NCBI GenBank assembly: GCA_965222225.1
Contig: CBDCTK010000002.1
Location: 832,001 to 896,000, forward strand
From: Candidatus Poribacteria bacterium
Lineage (GTDB): Bacteria; Poribacteria; WGA-4E; JAJDTR01
DNA: 64,000 bases
Direction of reading: 5' to 3'
Shown here: piece after piece, positions 9,270 to 20,394 of the stretch
Layout of the letters: the number at the start of each line of letters is the position of its first letter
How positions within the stretch are numbered: the stretch's first letter is position 1
Position numbers and translations under genes: made by a program
Notes under the pieces: generated by a model
Told to the model about the DNA's origin: nothing
The model's database searches: none
The model's input: only the letters and a program-made list of their open reading frames with translations

Positions 9270-10643
9270 TCAATTGTCTGTAGGGTTGCTGGCGGACCAA
9301 GCTGATTGGAGTTCGTTGACCTCAAGGGAGATGATTCGGGCTTTCCCGCCGGAGGCAAAGATTTTGAGTCTTCTGTTCGCCATGTCCGGAAGAAAGCACG
9401 AGCACATTGACAGCTGACCGTCGTTCCCGAACACCTCAATCGAAGTACGGTCAACCAAAATCTGTAATACAATTCGCCCGTCGATAGGTTGAAGCGACGC
9501 GGATTTTTCAAGGCAGGTTAACTTGTGTGCGTTGACATCGTAATGAATGTTCTCCTCGCGCACCGAAAACCCAACAGCTCTCGCATCTCCGAGTTCAATC
9601 TCTGCCCGAATATCAAACAATTCGTCTTCGATGCCATCAAGCAGGTTGTTAGTAGATGTCAATCTTTCGTTATGCCATGAATGTCTCCGCTTGTGAATAG
9701 TTTCAATTTCTCTCACCGGCTTGCGAAACATCCGGATACCCTCGGCGGTAGTTCGTAACGTCAATTCGCAGGGAAAAGTCATCTGTTGGTTAAATGGCAT
9801 ATCGGGGTACTTCCCCCCTTGCATCCAAGCTATCTGCAACCTTCGATTGTCAGTCGTAGGTATGTCGCTCCACGTTTGCGCGGCGTAACAGTTCGCGCCA
9901 TGTTCGGTTCGTAGAACGACACCTTCCGCAGTGAATCGCTCCCCGTCAAACATTCCGATGAAATGCCGCCCGTTTGCTCCCCAGAACACCCATTTTGTGT
10001 GGTCCATGTCGCCATCTACCGGCAGTTCAAAGAGATCCGGGCATTCGCTGGCATCGGGCAAATGGACATCGGACAGTTTCGTCCAAGATTTCAGGTCTGA
10101 TGATCCGAAAAGCGCGAAATCGTTGCTCTCCAAATAGAGCGCCATCACCCATTTCTTCGTAGAACTATGCCAGAATACCTTTGGATCTCGGTTGCCCTTG
10201 GCGATATTGGAAAGCACCGGATTGTTTTCGTACTTTGTCCATGTCCGTCCCATGTCATTGCTGTAGGCGATGCTCTGTGTATAGGCTGTTTCCTTTGGGG
10301 CGAACTCTCCTGCGGAGGTGTATATAACGACTAGTACACTTTCTTCGCCTGTCTGAAATCCTGTGGTGTTGTTCCAATCAACGACCCCCGAACCCGAAAA
10401 AATTGTCCCTAATTCATCGGGTTCAATGGCATGAGGCAACTGTTCCCAATGCACCATGTCCGGGCTCACGGCGTGGCCCCACGTCATATTCCCCCAGTCA
10501 ATTCCCGAAGGATTGTGCTGGAAGAACAGATGGTACTCGCCATTGTAATACATCAGACCGTTGGGATCGTTCAGCCAGTTCTTTTTCGCGGTAAAGTGAA
10601 ACTGGGGACGATACGGTTCCCGGTATAGCGCTTCCTCAATCAT
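9270..10643 (-). CDS. Glycoside hydrolase family 32 (levanase/beta-fructofuranosidase)
   Basis: WLNDPNG, WGHAVS, FSGS, RDP, ECPD catalytic motifs. Confidence 0.95.
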   Translation of the reverse strand: MIEEALYREPYRPQFHFTAKKNWLNDPNGLMYYNGEYHLFFQHNPSGIDWGNMTWGHAVSPDMVHWEQLPHAIEPDELGTIFSGSGVVDWNNTTGFQTGEESVLVVIYTSAGEFAPKETAYTQSIAYSNDMGRTWTKYENNPVLSNIAKGNRDPKVFWHSSTKKWVMALYLESNDFALFGSSDLKSWTKLSDVHLPDASECPDLFELPVDGDMDHTKWVFWGANGRHFIGMFDGERFTAEGVVLRTEHGANCYAAQTWSDIPTTDNRRLQIAWMQGGKYPDMPFNQQMTFPCELTLRTTAEGIRMFRKPVREIETIHKRRHSWHNERLTSTNNLLDGIEDELFDIRAEIELGDARAVGFSVREENIHYDVNAHKLTCLEKSASLQPIDGRIVLQILVDRTSIEVFGNDGQLSMCSCFLPDMANRRLKIFASGGKARIISLEVNELQSAWSASNPTDN

Positions 10644-10748
10644 CCATGCCTCCTCGATCTACGAACGTACTGTAATGTTCAGCTCTTTCGAGTGTTATGA
10701 CGTTCAACAATATCGCAATGTCATTCGCGGCGCAACAATACCCCTCCG

Positions 10749-13511
10749 TTATCCTGTACTGTGCATCGCGGCAGCGATGCCATTGATTGCCAAAAACATG
10801 GATTGGCGTAGTTCCGATTTATCTTCGGGCAACGCTCTCCAACGCCGCAGCAGCTCGGTTTGGAGCAAGTTTAACACATCTGTGTACGGATTACGAAGTC
10901 TGATGGATTTTTGGATAACAGGGTTGTTGTCCAATAGCTCTGACTGGCCCGTGATTTGTAGGATGGCATGTTGTGTAAGCTCAAAATCATGCTGTATCCG
11001 TTCGTGAAATGTGCCATCAGAAAGAGAGGCATACCGCTTGGCTATATCCAAACGTGCTCTAGCCATCTCTGCTTGGGCATTGTCGACGATGGCGCGGAAA
11101 AAAGCCCAGTTGCGATAGTGTTCCTTAAGGGCATCGGGGTTGCCTTGATGGTCGTTGATGTACTTGTTTAGCGCGCTACCCATACCATACCACCCTGGCA
11201 AATTGTAGCGCGTCTGAATCCATGAAAAATTCCAAGGAATGGCACGCAAATCCTCAAAGTCCACTTCGCTGCCAGCCTTGCGCGACGCCGGTCGTGAGGC
11301 AATCGGTAGATGACTAATCTGCTCAATTGGCGTTACTCTTACGTACCAAGGCCAAAATTCCTCATCATCAATTAAGTTACGATAAGCCTTCATGGACTCA
11401 CTGGCAAGGAATTCCATCATTGCGTTTGAATCTGGTCCCAAATCCTCGGATTCCGGGTGCGATGTCTTTAGCATAGCGTTGATTATCTGTTCCAAATGCC
11501 TATGAGCGATGCCAGGTTGAGCGTACCGGAAAGAAATCACTTCACCTTGTTCAGTAAAACGGATGCGTCCGTTATACGTTTCTCGTGCCATCGCGAAAAT
11601 TGCGCGATTCGCTCTGCCGCCACCGCGTCCTATAGTTCCGCCGCGCCCGTGAAACAATCGCATCTCAACCTGATGTTCGTAACAAACACGAGCCAGTACC
11701 GCTTGTGCCTTGTGCAGCGACCAATTTGCCATCCAATAACCACCGTCTTTGTTGCTATCGGAATAACCCAGCATGATCTCTTGAAAATCACCGCGTGCTT
11801 TGAGATGGAGACGGTAGATAGGATTCGTGAATAGAGACACCATTAAGGACTCCGCTCGCTCAAGATCGTCAATGGTCTCAAGGAGCGGAACCACATCAAC
11901 AACACTGTGCACCTGTCCACCATCGTAATGCCACAATCCGACCTCTTTAAGCAAGAGTAGTACCTCAAGAATGTCGCTAACCGCGTCAGTCATACTAATG
12001 ATGTAACTACCAATCGAGTCACGGTCGTATTCCACAACCTCTGCAACCAACTCCATTACTTCAAGCATCACCCGCGCGTCGCCCGCAGTTTCCGTTTTGG
12101 GGGGCAACAACGGCCGTCTGTTTTTTAACTCATGTTCAAGAGTCCGAGCACGTTCCACCTCTGTAAGGGAAGAATATTTCGTACACACCCCTCCAATGGC
12201 TAGTAATTCACTGACCGCAGCCTCATGAATTTTGCTGTGCTGGCGAATATCAAGCGCGGTTAGGTGCAGCCCAAATGTCCGTGCCCGGACCACCAAGTCG
12301 GCAAGATGTCCCGTCACAGCAAGCTCTGGCATGTGACTCTCTTTTAAGCAGCGCTGAATCAATTCTAAATCGCTCACAAAACTGGCGCGGTCATATTTCC
12401 CTTCGGTTGCCAAATTCGATTCATCTTGCATCTGTCTCAGCCGCGCCATGATATAGCTGATTTTGATCCGGTAAGGTTCATTCGCGAACGGATGAATCTC
12501 ATCTTCCGTTAATAAACCGCTCTTTGAATCCTTCATCAGGGATTCTTTGAGTGCCTCCGGTACGGGATTGAAGCGATTGGAGATGCTCAAGTCATGCCAA
12601 AGAAGGCGTAATTCGTCTAGGTAAAGATCGATAACCGTTTCCCGGTTGAGGCGAAGTGCGGTACGCGTAATTTCCGCGGTTACATTGGGGTTGCCATCTC
12701 GATCGCCGCCAACCCACGAACGGAAGCGCAGAAATGTGGGTAATTCCACATCTCGCTCATAATATAGCTTGAGCGCCTCCCGCAATTCGCCGTACAATTG
12801 AGGCACGATCTCCCAGACACAGGTACTCAAGAAATGGAGTGCATGCTCCACCTCATCAATCACAGACGGGCGTTCAACTCGAATCTCATCAGTTGCAAGC
12901 AACAGCGCAATCTGAGAATAGATATCCCTGATGACAATATCGCGCTCTGAAGGAAGGAGATTGTGTGATTGGAGCCTGGCAAGTTGCTCGGCAACCTGCT
13001 GCTGTTTGTGAGCGACACTTCGTCGACGCACTTCGGTGGGATGCGCCGTAAACGTCGGCTGAATATCCAAACGCTGTATCCACGTAAGTGTTTCTTCGAA
13101 TGAAACACCTGCCTGTTTGAGGTAGTGGATAGCCTCGGCGATTGATTCCACTCGCGGAGTCCCCGCAGTCGCATTGCTCTGTCGCTCGCGGTTGATGCGT
13201 ACGATTTCACGCTGTTCGGCTTTGTTGACGAGATTGAAAAAGCCAGTGTATGCACGAAGCAACCAAACAATCTGTTCCCTCGACAGTGATTGGATGATTT
13301 CGGCTGCCTGGTCTCGAAGTTCCTCTTTACCCGTGGTTGCTGTATCCTTACAAAGGATTCGCAACTGTTCGGTCAGGTCCAAGATTTTATCGCCCGCCTG
13401 CTGCCGGATGGCATGACCGAGTAGTGATCCCAATAGATGCACCTGCTCGCTCAAAGGCGTCGTAATTCCTGTGCCTTCAACCTCTATCGTTAAGCCTCGC
13501 CAACTGTTCAT
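10749..13511 (-). CDS. ppc: Phosphoenolpyruvate carboxylase
   Basis: FTAHPTE, SWVGGDRDGNP, QEIMLGYSDSNKDGG, FHGRGGTIGRGGG, LRAIPW, C-terminal GIAAAMHSTG. Confidence 0.97.
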   Translation of the reverse strand: MNSWRGLTIEVEGTGITTPLSEQVHLLGSLLGHAIRQQAGDKILDLTEQLRILCKDTATTGKEELRDQAAEIIQSLSREQIVWLLRAYTGFFNLVNKAEQREIVRINRERQSNATAGTPRVESIAEAIHYLKQAGVSFEETLTWIQRLDIQPTFTAHPTEVRRRSVAHKQQQVAEQLARLQSHNLLPSERDIVIRDIYSQIALLLATDEIRVERPSVIDEVEHALHFLSTCVWEIVPQLYGELREALKLYYERDVELPTFLRFRSWVGGDRDGNPNVTAEITRTALRLNRETVIDLYLDELRLLWHDLSISNRFNPVPEALKESLMKDSKSGLLTEDEIHPFANEPYRIKISYIMARLRQMQDESNLATEGKYDRASFVSDLELIQRCLKESHMPELAVTGHLADLVVRARTFGLHLTALDIRQHSKIHEAAVSELLAIGGVCTKYSSLTEVERARTLEHELKNRRPLLPPKTETAGDARVMLEVMELVAEVVEYDRDSIGSYIISMTDAVSDILEVLLLLKEVGLWHYDGGQVHSVVDVVPLLETIDDLERAESLMVSLFTNPIYRLHLKARGDFQEIMLGYSDSNKDGGYWMANWSLHKAQAVLARVCYEHQVEMRLFHGRGGTIGRGGGRANRAIFAMARETYNGRIRFTEQGEVISFRYAQPGIAHRHLEQIINAMLKTSHPESEDLGPDSNAMMEFLASESMKAYRNLIDDEEFWPWYVRVTPIEQISHLPIASRPASRKAGSEVDFEDLRAIPWNFSWIQTRYNLPGWYGMGSALNKYINDHQGNPDALKEHYRNWAFFRAIVDNAQAEMARARLDIAKRYASLSDGTFHERIQHDFELTQHAILQITGQSELLDNNPVIQKSIRLRNPYTDVLNLLQTELLRRWRALPEDKSELRQSMFLAINGIAAAMHSTG

Positions 13512-13591
13512 GATGTTCCTCTATGGCTATGGTGAGCGAATGACGCTCCCCAAAGTCTGGGTCAAATGCCAATCTTAAAATCTAGAATTTT

Positions 13592-13619
13592 ATTATACAC
13601 GACTTTGAGCTGAATACAA
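13592..13619 (-). promoter_or_regulatory. Putative sigma70 promoter for ppc
   Basis: Minus strand TTGTAT-16 bp-TATAAT. Confidence 0.45.
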
Positions 13620-13630
13620 GGTGAATTATC

Positions 13631-13659
13631 TTGACAATGCTTTTATTTTCGCGTATCCT
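13631..13659 (+). promoter_or_regulatory. Putative sigma70 promoter, divergent from ppc
   Basis: TTGACA-17 bp-TATCCT. Confidence 0.4.
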
Positions 13660-13800
13660 GAACACGGATAAATTGGACAATGATTAGCAGGTTTTGCCGA
13701 AGGTGCTACGGTATTTGGCTTGACAACCTAAGCGCGTTCAAGTAAAAACCTAACCGCGTCTCATTCCCCCTAAGGAAAATTGGGAATGGAAAAATAGTAT

Positions 13801-15183
13801 ATGAATCTAGCGATTGAAAATCGTATTGTCGATGAAATTTTTGCCAACTCGGAAGCGTATGGAAACCTGCTTGTCCTTGCTGATGACATCGGTCCCCGCC
13901 TCATCGGTACTCCTAACGAAATTAGAGCCCGAGATTACTTGGTGAAAAACCTTTGCCGGTACGGACTAGATAACGTCCGTACCGAAGCATTTCCGCATCA
14001 AGCTTGGAGATCAGAAAGAGAAGAGCTGCATATCATGGCGCCCGTTGAACGAGAAATCGGGTGCCGCTCCACCGTTTTGTCAGCCTCCACACCTGCGGCC
14101 GGGGTAGAGGGTGAGATTGTGCTGCTTGAGCGATGCGATCGCCCTGAGCTTTAAGAACACAAAGAACGTGTGAAGGAACTGATTGTTGTTGCCCATTACG
14201 ATCCGATCCCGCGTCACTTAAAAACACCGTTAGCTACAGAATACGGTGCTATCGCCTTGCTTGAGGCGTTTGGATTCCCGGGGTCCCATCTGTCGGCACG
14301 CGCCTGTGTCTACGAGCAGGTGGCACCCATTCGTTGCTTCCATTAGTAAAGAGGGCCACGACTACGTGCGATGCCTTGAGCAAAGGAAGAGAACTGTCAA
14401 GTTACGACTAACTCTCGACAGCGGCTTCGAGAAAAAAGATGGGTGAAATGTCGTTGGCGAGATTCGTGGAGTGGAGGATTCCCCCGAACATATCGTTATG
14501 GGCGCACATTACGACTCACATCATATTGCACCGGGTGCAGCGGATAATGCTTCTGGAGTTGTCACTATTGTCGAAGCGGCGCGGGCGCTTGTTCAGCACA
14601 GAGAGCACATAAAGCGTACAATCAAAGTGGCGTTTTTCAGCGGCGAAGAGGTTGGGCTAGTTGGCGCTTAGGCTTATACGCATCAACATTACGACGAACT
14701 CGAAGGCACCATCCTAATGCTGAACAACGACGGACAGGGAGGACGACCAAACGGAGTTAGCATCAACACCACTGATGAATTCAAGCCCATTCTGGAGGGG
14801 ATTTCCGAATTGACGGTGAGGTCCTTCACCTTTACAAGATTTCGGTAGGCCGTCCCGGCTGGTATGGAGTCGATCTGTTTCCCTTTCTGTTGAACGGTGT
14901 CCCGGCAATGCTCGCCCATTCTTCGCCCTACCGTCCGAATGACTTCGCCTACGTCCATATCGCAGCGGACACAGTTGATAAAGTATTAGCGCCCGGGCTG
15001 ACCGAATCTGCTGCCGTGAACGCACAAATCGCTTTTAATTTGCAAATCTGCCCGCGTGGCCTGCCCCCGAAAATCACAGCAAGAGCTAGAAGAGATGTTC
15101 GAGAGCTACAATTACATTGAAACATTAGAACTTCTTGATATGTGGCCCGCAGAGCATGCCAAGAAGCGGTTTTTTTTGACTAA
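13801..15183 (+). pseudogene. M28-family aminopeptidase (PA-domain type) pseudogene
   Basis: Fragments carry IGPRLIGT, GAHYDS, GAADNASG, FSGEEVGLVG and HIAADTVDK, separated by in-frame stops and frameshifts. Confidence 0.85.
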
Positions 15184-15218
15184 TCATGCTAGTCAAATGT
15201 GCATGAAAGGAGAGGAGG

Positions 15219-16175
15219 ATGCAAGCCGTATACATTGATGATATTGAGACCATACGCGTTGGAACAAGGGAGATTCCTAAACCCGCCGCCGATGAAGTTT
15301 TGCTGAATGTCCGATCGGCTGGAATCTGTGGAAGTGACATTCACATACTCAAAGGGGAGTTCGGCGTACTTCCGGTTATCCCCGGTCACGAATTCTGTGG
15401 CGATGTTGTTGAAGTTGGGAAGAAGGTCACCACCCACAGCCCAGGCGACCGTGTGGCAGTCAATCCGTCAGGAATTGGCTACGGAACGCTGGTTGCCGGT
15501 GGATTTGAAGATTACGTTGCAGTTCGCGCTTCACTGGCTCATCCCTTGGGCGATCTCACCTACGATGAAGGTGCGTTGATAGAAACTCTTGGATGTATCG
15601 TTCACGCTATTGACAGCGCAGGCGTTACCTTGGGCGATGAGGTTCTTGTAGCGGGTGCAGGACCAATCGGTTTGTTAATGCTACAAGTGGCAAAACTATC
15701 TGGAGCACTCTCGGTTACCGTCACGGATGTCGTTGAAGAAAAACTCGTCAAAGCCAAGGAACTTGGTGCGGACGAGACCATTGTTGTAGACAAAGACCTT
15801 GAGGGCCAAATCCATGCCACGCATCCCGACGGATTCCATCTGACCATTGACGCCACGGGAAATCCCAAAGCCCAAGAACAACTCCTCGGTTTCACCGCTG
15901 ACCAAGGGATGGTATTACTTTTTGGATTCGCGTCGCCTGGCGCCATCATGGGAGTCGAGCCTTATGATATTTTCCGACGTGAACTAAAAATCATCGGGAC
16001 ATACGCGCTCGGCAATAAATTTGAGAGGTCACTGGCTCTTGCTATAGCGAAGCGCGTAAAGCTAGCGGACATCATCAGCCATCATTTTCCCCTTGCCGAG
16101 TTTCCCAAAGCCATTGAGACCACGCGGGGCCCCGAGCCGTCGCTCAAAATCCTAATGCATCCTAACGCATCGTAG
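15219..16175 (+). CDS. Zinc-binding alcohol/polyol dehydrogenase (MDR family) lacking the structural-Zn loop
   Basis: GICGSD, GHEFCG, GAGPIG; four-Cys loop absent; GGAGAGG RBS. Confidence 0.9.
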   Translation: MQAVYIDDIETIRVGTREIPKPAADEVLLNVRSAGICGSDIHILKGEFGVLPVIPGHEFCGDVVEVGKKVTTHSPGDRVAVNPSGIGYGTLVAGGFEDYVAVRASLAHPLGDLTYDEGALIETLGCIVHAIDSAGVTLGDEVLVAGAGPIGLLMLQVAKLSGALSVTVTDVVEEKLVKAKELGADETIVVDKDLEGQIHATHPDGFHLTIDATGNPKAQEQLLGFTADQGMVLLFGFASPGAIMGVEPYDIFRRELKIIGTYALGNKFERSLALAIAKRVKLADIISHHFPLAEFPKAIETTRGPEPSLKILMHPNAS

Positions 16176-16192
16176 TCTCGTGGAAGGATATA

Positions 16193-16786
16193 GTTGCAAT
16201 CGCAGATATTGCAGTAGAAAATCTGGCGAAGGCGAAAGAATTGGGAGCGCACGAAGTCTTTGATGCATCCCACAATCTCAAGGAACAGCTTTTGGAAGCA
16301 CACCCGAAACGGTTCCATCTCACGATTGATGCAACGAGAAATCCTCGTGCCCAGGAACAAATGCTAGGTTTCACAAGAAGCGGCGGCAGATTCCTGCTCT
16401 TCGGCGTTGCGGCACCTGCCGATACTATGACCGTCGAGCCTTACGACATTTTCTATCGCGAGCTGAAGATTGTCGGGGTACACAGTTTCGGCGACAAGTC
16501 TGGACGGGCTGTCGGAATTGTCAAGTCAAGGAGAGTGAATCTCGCCGAAATTATCAGCCATCATTTCCCACTTGCTCAATTTCGCAAGGTGCTCGATCTG
16601 ACACGCAGCCCGGAACCCTCCCTCAAGATCCTCATGCACCCGGATGGAGATGCACAGATGGTTGGCAGATTCAGCAACGAAGTGTCCGACCCTACCAAAG
16701 CAACCAATAGAAACGAACAGCGCTGGTTTGCCGTTCTTCGCTATGTAGGTAGGCGCAGCAAGGAATGTAAAGAATGGATTCGCTAA
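16193..16786 (+). pseudogene. C-terminal-half fragment of a paralogous MDR dehydrogenase
   Basis: KAKELGA, FHLTIDAT, VEPYDIF, IISHHFPLA and PEPSLKILMHP match the upstream gene; no N-terminal catalytic domain. Confidence 0.75.
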
Positions 16787-16843
16787 TATCGGAATGTGTT
16801 ATCTTTGCCAGAAATTTCACAGCGGAAGGTATCATCCAAGGTT

Positions 16844-17884
16844 ATGGCAAATGCTAACGCGCTGAAAGAATTTCTCGGCGAAGTCAAAACGACGATTGAT
16901 GCGTACATTCTTGATTTTCTTCCGTCCGAGCATAGTCGCGATGAGGTGCAATGTCTCTACGACATGATGCGGGATTATCCTCAGAGATCTGGCAAACGAA
17001 TGCGGCCCGCGCTGTGTTTGCTCATCTGCGAGGCGTTTGGCGGCAAACGCAAAAACGCATTGAATACCGCAGCGGCGCTTGAACTACTACAGAACTGGTT
17101 GTTAATTCATGACGATATCGAAGATGGATCTGACCTCCGTCGTGGAGAACCATGCCTGAATCTGAAGTATGGTGTGCCGTTAGCCATCAACGCAGGTGAT
17201 GCGCTTCACTGCCGAATGTGGGAGATGTTGCATCGGAATGCGGAGATTCTCGGTCACGAGGTCGCATTCCAGATACTCACCGAATTCACGCGTCTGAGCA
17301 ATCAAGTTGTCGAAGGACAACACATTGAGCTAAGTTGGGTCGATAGCAATCAGTGGAATCTCACCGAAGATGACTATTGGGCGATGTGCGTGCAGAAGAC
17401 CGCGTGGTACACGTCCATCGCACCGTGCCGCTTGGGAGCGATTACAGCAGGGGTGGCAAAGGCTGATGTTGACCATTTTATTGACATTGGTCGAAACTTG
17501 GGCGTCGCCTTTCAAATTCAAGATGATGTTCTGAATCTCATTGGCGACGAAGGGCAATACGGTAAAGAAATCGCTGGAGACATCAGCGAAGGGAAACGCA
17601 CTCTGGTGTTGATTCATCTATTCAATTCGTGTAGGCATGACGAGGCGAACCGCGTAGTTGAGATCATGGCTAAAAATCGAAACAGCAAGAGTTTAGCCGA
17701 AGTCCATGAAGTATTGTCGCTCATGAAAAAATATCGATCGATTGCGTATGCACAGAAGCGAGCCAAGGTGTTAGTGGAACAGGCATGTGCTCAATTCGCG
17801 CAGCGATTCGCCCACATACCGGATAACCGAGCGAAGGATCTCTTTGTGCCGCTTGTGAAATTTGCTATTGAACGCGATTATTGA
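16844..17884 (+). CDS. Polyprenyl (geranylgeranyl) diphosphate synthase family
   Basis: GKRMRP, LIHDDIED, RRG, AINAGD, FQIQDD, DISEGKRT. Confidence 0.93.
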   Translation: MANANALKEFLGEVKTTIDAYILDFLPSEHSRDEVQCLYDMMRDYPQRSGKRMRPALCLLICEAFGGKRKNALNTAAALELLQNWLLIHDDIEDGSDLRRGEPCLNLKYGVPLAINAGDALHCRMWEMLHRNAEILGHEVAFQILTEFTRLSNQVVEGQHIELSWVDSNQWNLTEDDYWAMCVQKTAWYTSIAPCRLGAITAGVAKADVDHFIDIGRNLGVAFQIQDDVLNLIGDEGQYGKEIAGDISEGKRTLVLIHLFNSCRHDEANRVVEIMAKNRNSKSLAEVHEVLSLMKKYRSIAYAQKRAKVLVEQACAQFAQRFAHIPDNRAKDLFVPLVKFAIERDY

Positions 17885-18065
17885 TGGAGTGACATTTGAA
17901 GAATTGACGTGAAGGAAAGGTAGATTGACTTGAGTGGATTCTTATAGAGACTCAGGCGTGAATACTAACAAATCACATGGAACGTGAGTAACTGGATAAT
18001 ATAAGCGAAATCTTGTACCGAATGAGATTACTGTAAAGTTCAACTAATTTGAACGGGGAGAAGAA

Positions 18066-19121
18066 ATGCCATTAGTATCTATGCGACAAATCCTTGACGA
18101 AGCCGCTGCGGGCGGTTACGGAGTTGGCGCATTCAATGTCAATAACATGGAGCAGATTCAAGCCATCATGGAAGCCGCACGTGAAACGCAGTTTCCTCTA
18201 ATCATTCAGGCAAGTCGAGGCGCGCGAAAGTACACCAACGATCGATTCCTGTACCATCTCATGATGGCAGCTGTCGAACTATATCCGGACGTGATGGTTG
18301 CGCTCCATCAGGATCATGGGAATAGCCCGGAAACGTGCAAGTCGGCAATTGAGATGGGCTTTACCAGCGTAATGATGGATGGTTCACTGATAGAGGATGG
18401 AAAAACACCCGCGGATTTCGAATACAACGTTCAGATGACGCGGCAGGTTGTCGAGATGGCACATGCACACGGTGTTACCGTTGAAGGCGAACTCGGCTGT
18501 CTTGGTTCGCTAGAGACGGGTGAGGGCGAAAAAGAAGATGGACACGGTGCGGAGGGAGTTTTGTCACACAATCAACTCCTCACTGATCCCGAGCAAGCGG
18601 TGGAATTTGTCGAGCGCACAGGCGTTGACGCGCTTGCGGTCGCTATCGGGACTAGCCACGGTGCGTACAAATTCACCCGAAAACCTGATGCCGAAGTGCT
18701 TGCCATGGACCGAATCATTGAGATTCACAATTTGCTTCCGAGCACTCATCTTGTGATGCACGGGTCGTCGAGCGTTCCCAAGGACTTGCAGGACATTATC
18801 AACGACCATGGTGGTGAGATTCGACCCACGTGGGGCGTACCAGTCGAGGAAATCCAACTTGGAATTAAGAACGGAGTTCGCAAAATTAATGTGGACACTG
18901 ATAGTCGCTTAGCGATTACTGGAGCAATTCGCAAATTCCTCGCAGAGAATCCGGAAGAATTCGATCCGCGCGGTTATCTGACCCCCGCTCGCGATGCAAT
19001 GAAAGAGGTAATCAAATCCCGGATGTTAAGTTTTGGGGAGGTCGGGAATAGGGTCGATTATGAGCCAATCCCCTTGGAAGCAATCGCTCAACGATATGAC
19101 GAAGAGGCCGCAGGGGCCTGA
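18066..19121 (+). CDS. fba: Fructose-bisphosphate aldolase class II
   Basis: [49 protein letters not shown]. Confidence 0.96.
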   Translation: MPLVSMRQILDEAAAGGYGVGAFNVNNMEQIQAIMEAARETQFPLIIQASRGARKYTNDRFLYHLMMAAVELYPDVMVALHQDHGNSPETCKSAIEMGFTSVMMDGSLIEDGKTPADFEYNVQMTRQVVEMAHAHGVTVEGELGCLGSLETGEGEKEDGHGAEGVLSHNQLLTDPEQAVEFVERTGVDALAVAIGTSHGAYKFTRKPDAEVLAMDRIIEIHNLLPSTHLVMHGSSSVPKDLQDIINDHGGEIRPTWGVPVEEIQLGIKNGVRKINVDTDSRLAITGAIRKFLAENPEEFDPRGYLTPARDAMKEVIKSRMLSFGEVGNRVDYEPIPLEAIAQRYDEEAAGA

Positions 19122-19217
19122 ACCGCTGTAGCGGAGCAGATTCTGTTTTGAGCGAGCGGATTCCCCTCATGGTCTCTGACGCCCCAGCAGCGGAAGATAT
19201 CCCCGCCTATCAACGCC

Positions 19218-20234
19218 ATGCGTATCCATCACAGAGTAGTAGACCTCAAGCTGATCCACCCCTTCAAGATCTCGCGTCGAGCCGTTGATGAATATCGGCA
19301 AGTGGTTTCAGTCGAAATCGACGGTGGAATGGGAGAGGCGCCTCCTGCTCGTTTCTACGGCGAAACGGTCGAAACCGTACAGGATGCCATAGAGATTCTG
19401 GAATCAGGTCTTGATGGTAATCTAGACGCCATCCAAAGCGTACTGGCGAAACTTCAGTCCGTGCTCAGCGGAAACTATGCTGCCAAGTCCGCGATTGATA
19501 TGGCGCTCCACGATCGGCTCGGTAAAGCATTGGGTGTACCATTGTACCGGCTGTGGGGGCTAGATCCGAACGCGGTGCCGCCGACGTCATATACGATTGG
19601 GTTGGATGAACCGGAGGTCATGCAGCAGAAAACTCGTGAGGCGGAAGATTACGCAATTCTGAAGGTGAAGTTAGGAACGCCTCAAGATGTTCAGATTATC
19701 CACGCGCTCCGCGAGGTTACGGACAAACCGATTTATGTGGATGCCAATACAGCGTGGTCGCCGAAAGAAGCGGTTCGCAAGATTCGCGAGCTTGCTCCTC
19801 TCGGCATTGACATCGTCGAACAACCGAACGCCGCAGACGATTTGGAAGGTTTGAAGTTCATCCGCGAACACTCCGATATCCCGATAATTGCGGATGAGAG
19901 TGTCAAACGTGCAGCCGATATTCCTGCACTAGCCGAATGTGTCGACGGTATCAATATCAAGTTGGCAAAGTGCGGAGGTCTCCTCGAAGCGATGCGCATC
20001 ATAAGCGTTGCACGTGCACATAACTTGAAAGTCATGATAGGTTGTATGATTGAGAGTTCTCTTGGCATTACAGCGGCGGCGCATCTGACACCCCTCGTCG
20101 ATTACGTTGACCTCGATAGCCACCAGTTAATTGCTAACGACCCCTATATCGGTGTTACGCTGAAGAACGGCAAGCTAGTCCTTCCCAACCGCCCGGGTAT
20201 TGGGGTAATCCAAAGAGCTCCGGAACAGAATTAA
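19218..20234 (+). CDS. Dipeptide (L-Ala-D/L-Glu) epimerase, enolase superfamily
   Basis: KVKLG, VDAN, EQP, ADES, INIKLAKCGG, GCMIES, DLD. Confidence 0.9.
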   Translation: MRIHHRVVDLKLIHPFKISRRAVDEYRQVVSVEIDGGMGEAPPARFYGETVETVQDAIEILESGLDGNLDAIQSVLAKLQSVLSGNYAAKSAIDMALHDRLGKALGVPLYRLWGLDPNAVPPTSYTIGLDEPEVMQQKTREAEDYAILKVKLGTPQDVQIIHALREVTDKPIYVDANTAWSPKEAVRKIRELAPLGIDIVEQPNAADDLEGLKFIREHSDIPIIADESVKRAADIPALAECVDGINIKLAKCGGLLEAMRIISVARAHNLKVMIGCMIESSLGITAAAHLTPLVDYVDLDSHQLIANDPYIGVTLKNGKLVLPNRPGIGVIQRAPEQN

Positions 20235-20394
20235 AGGCATTCGTTACCACGACGCTCAGTTTGTTTTCAACGTAGAATTGAAAGAACCCGCGTTTAGAAA
20301 TCGAGGACGGATGGTCGATACGGGATAGCGTGCGACGCCCGATGTTTGCCGCCGATTGAATTAACAACAAGAACCTAGCAAGAAAGGATTTCAA

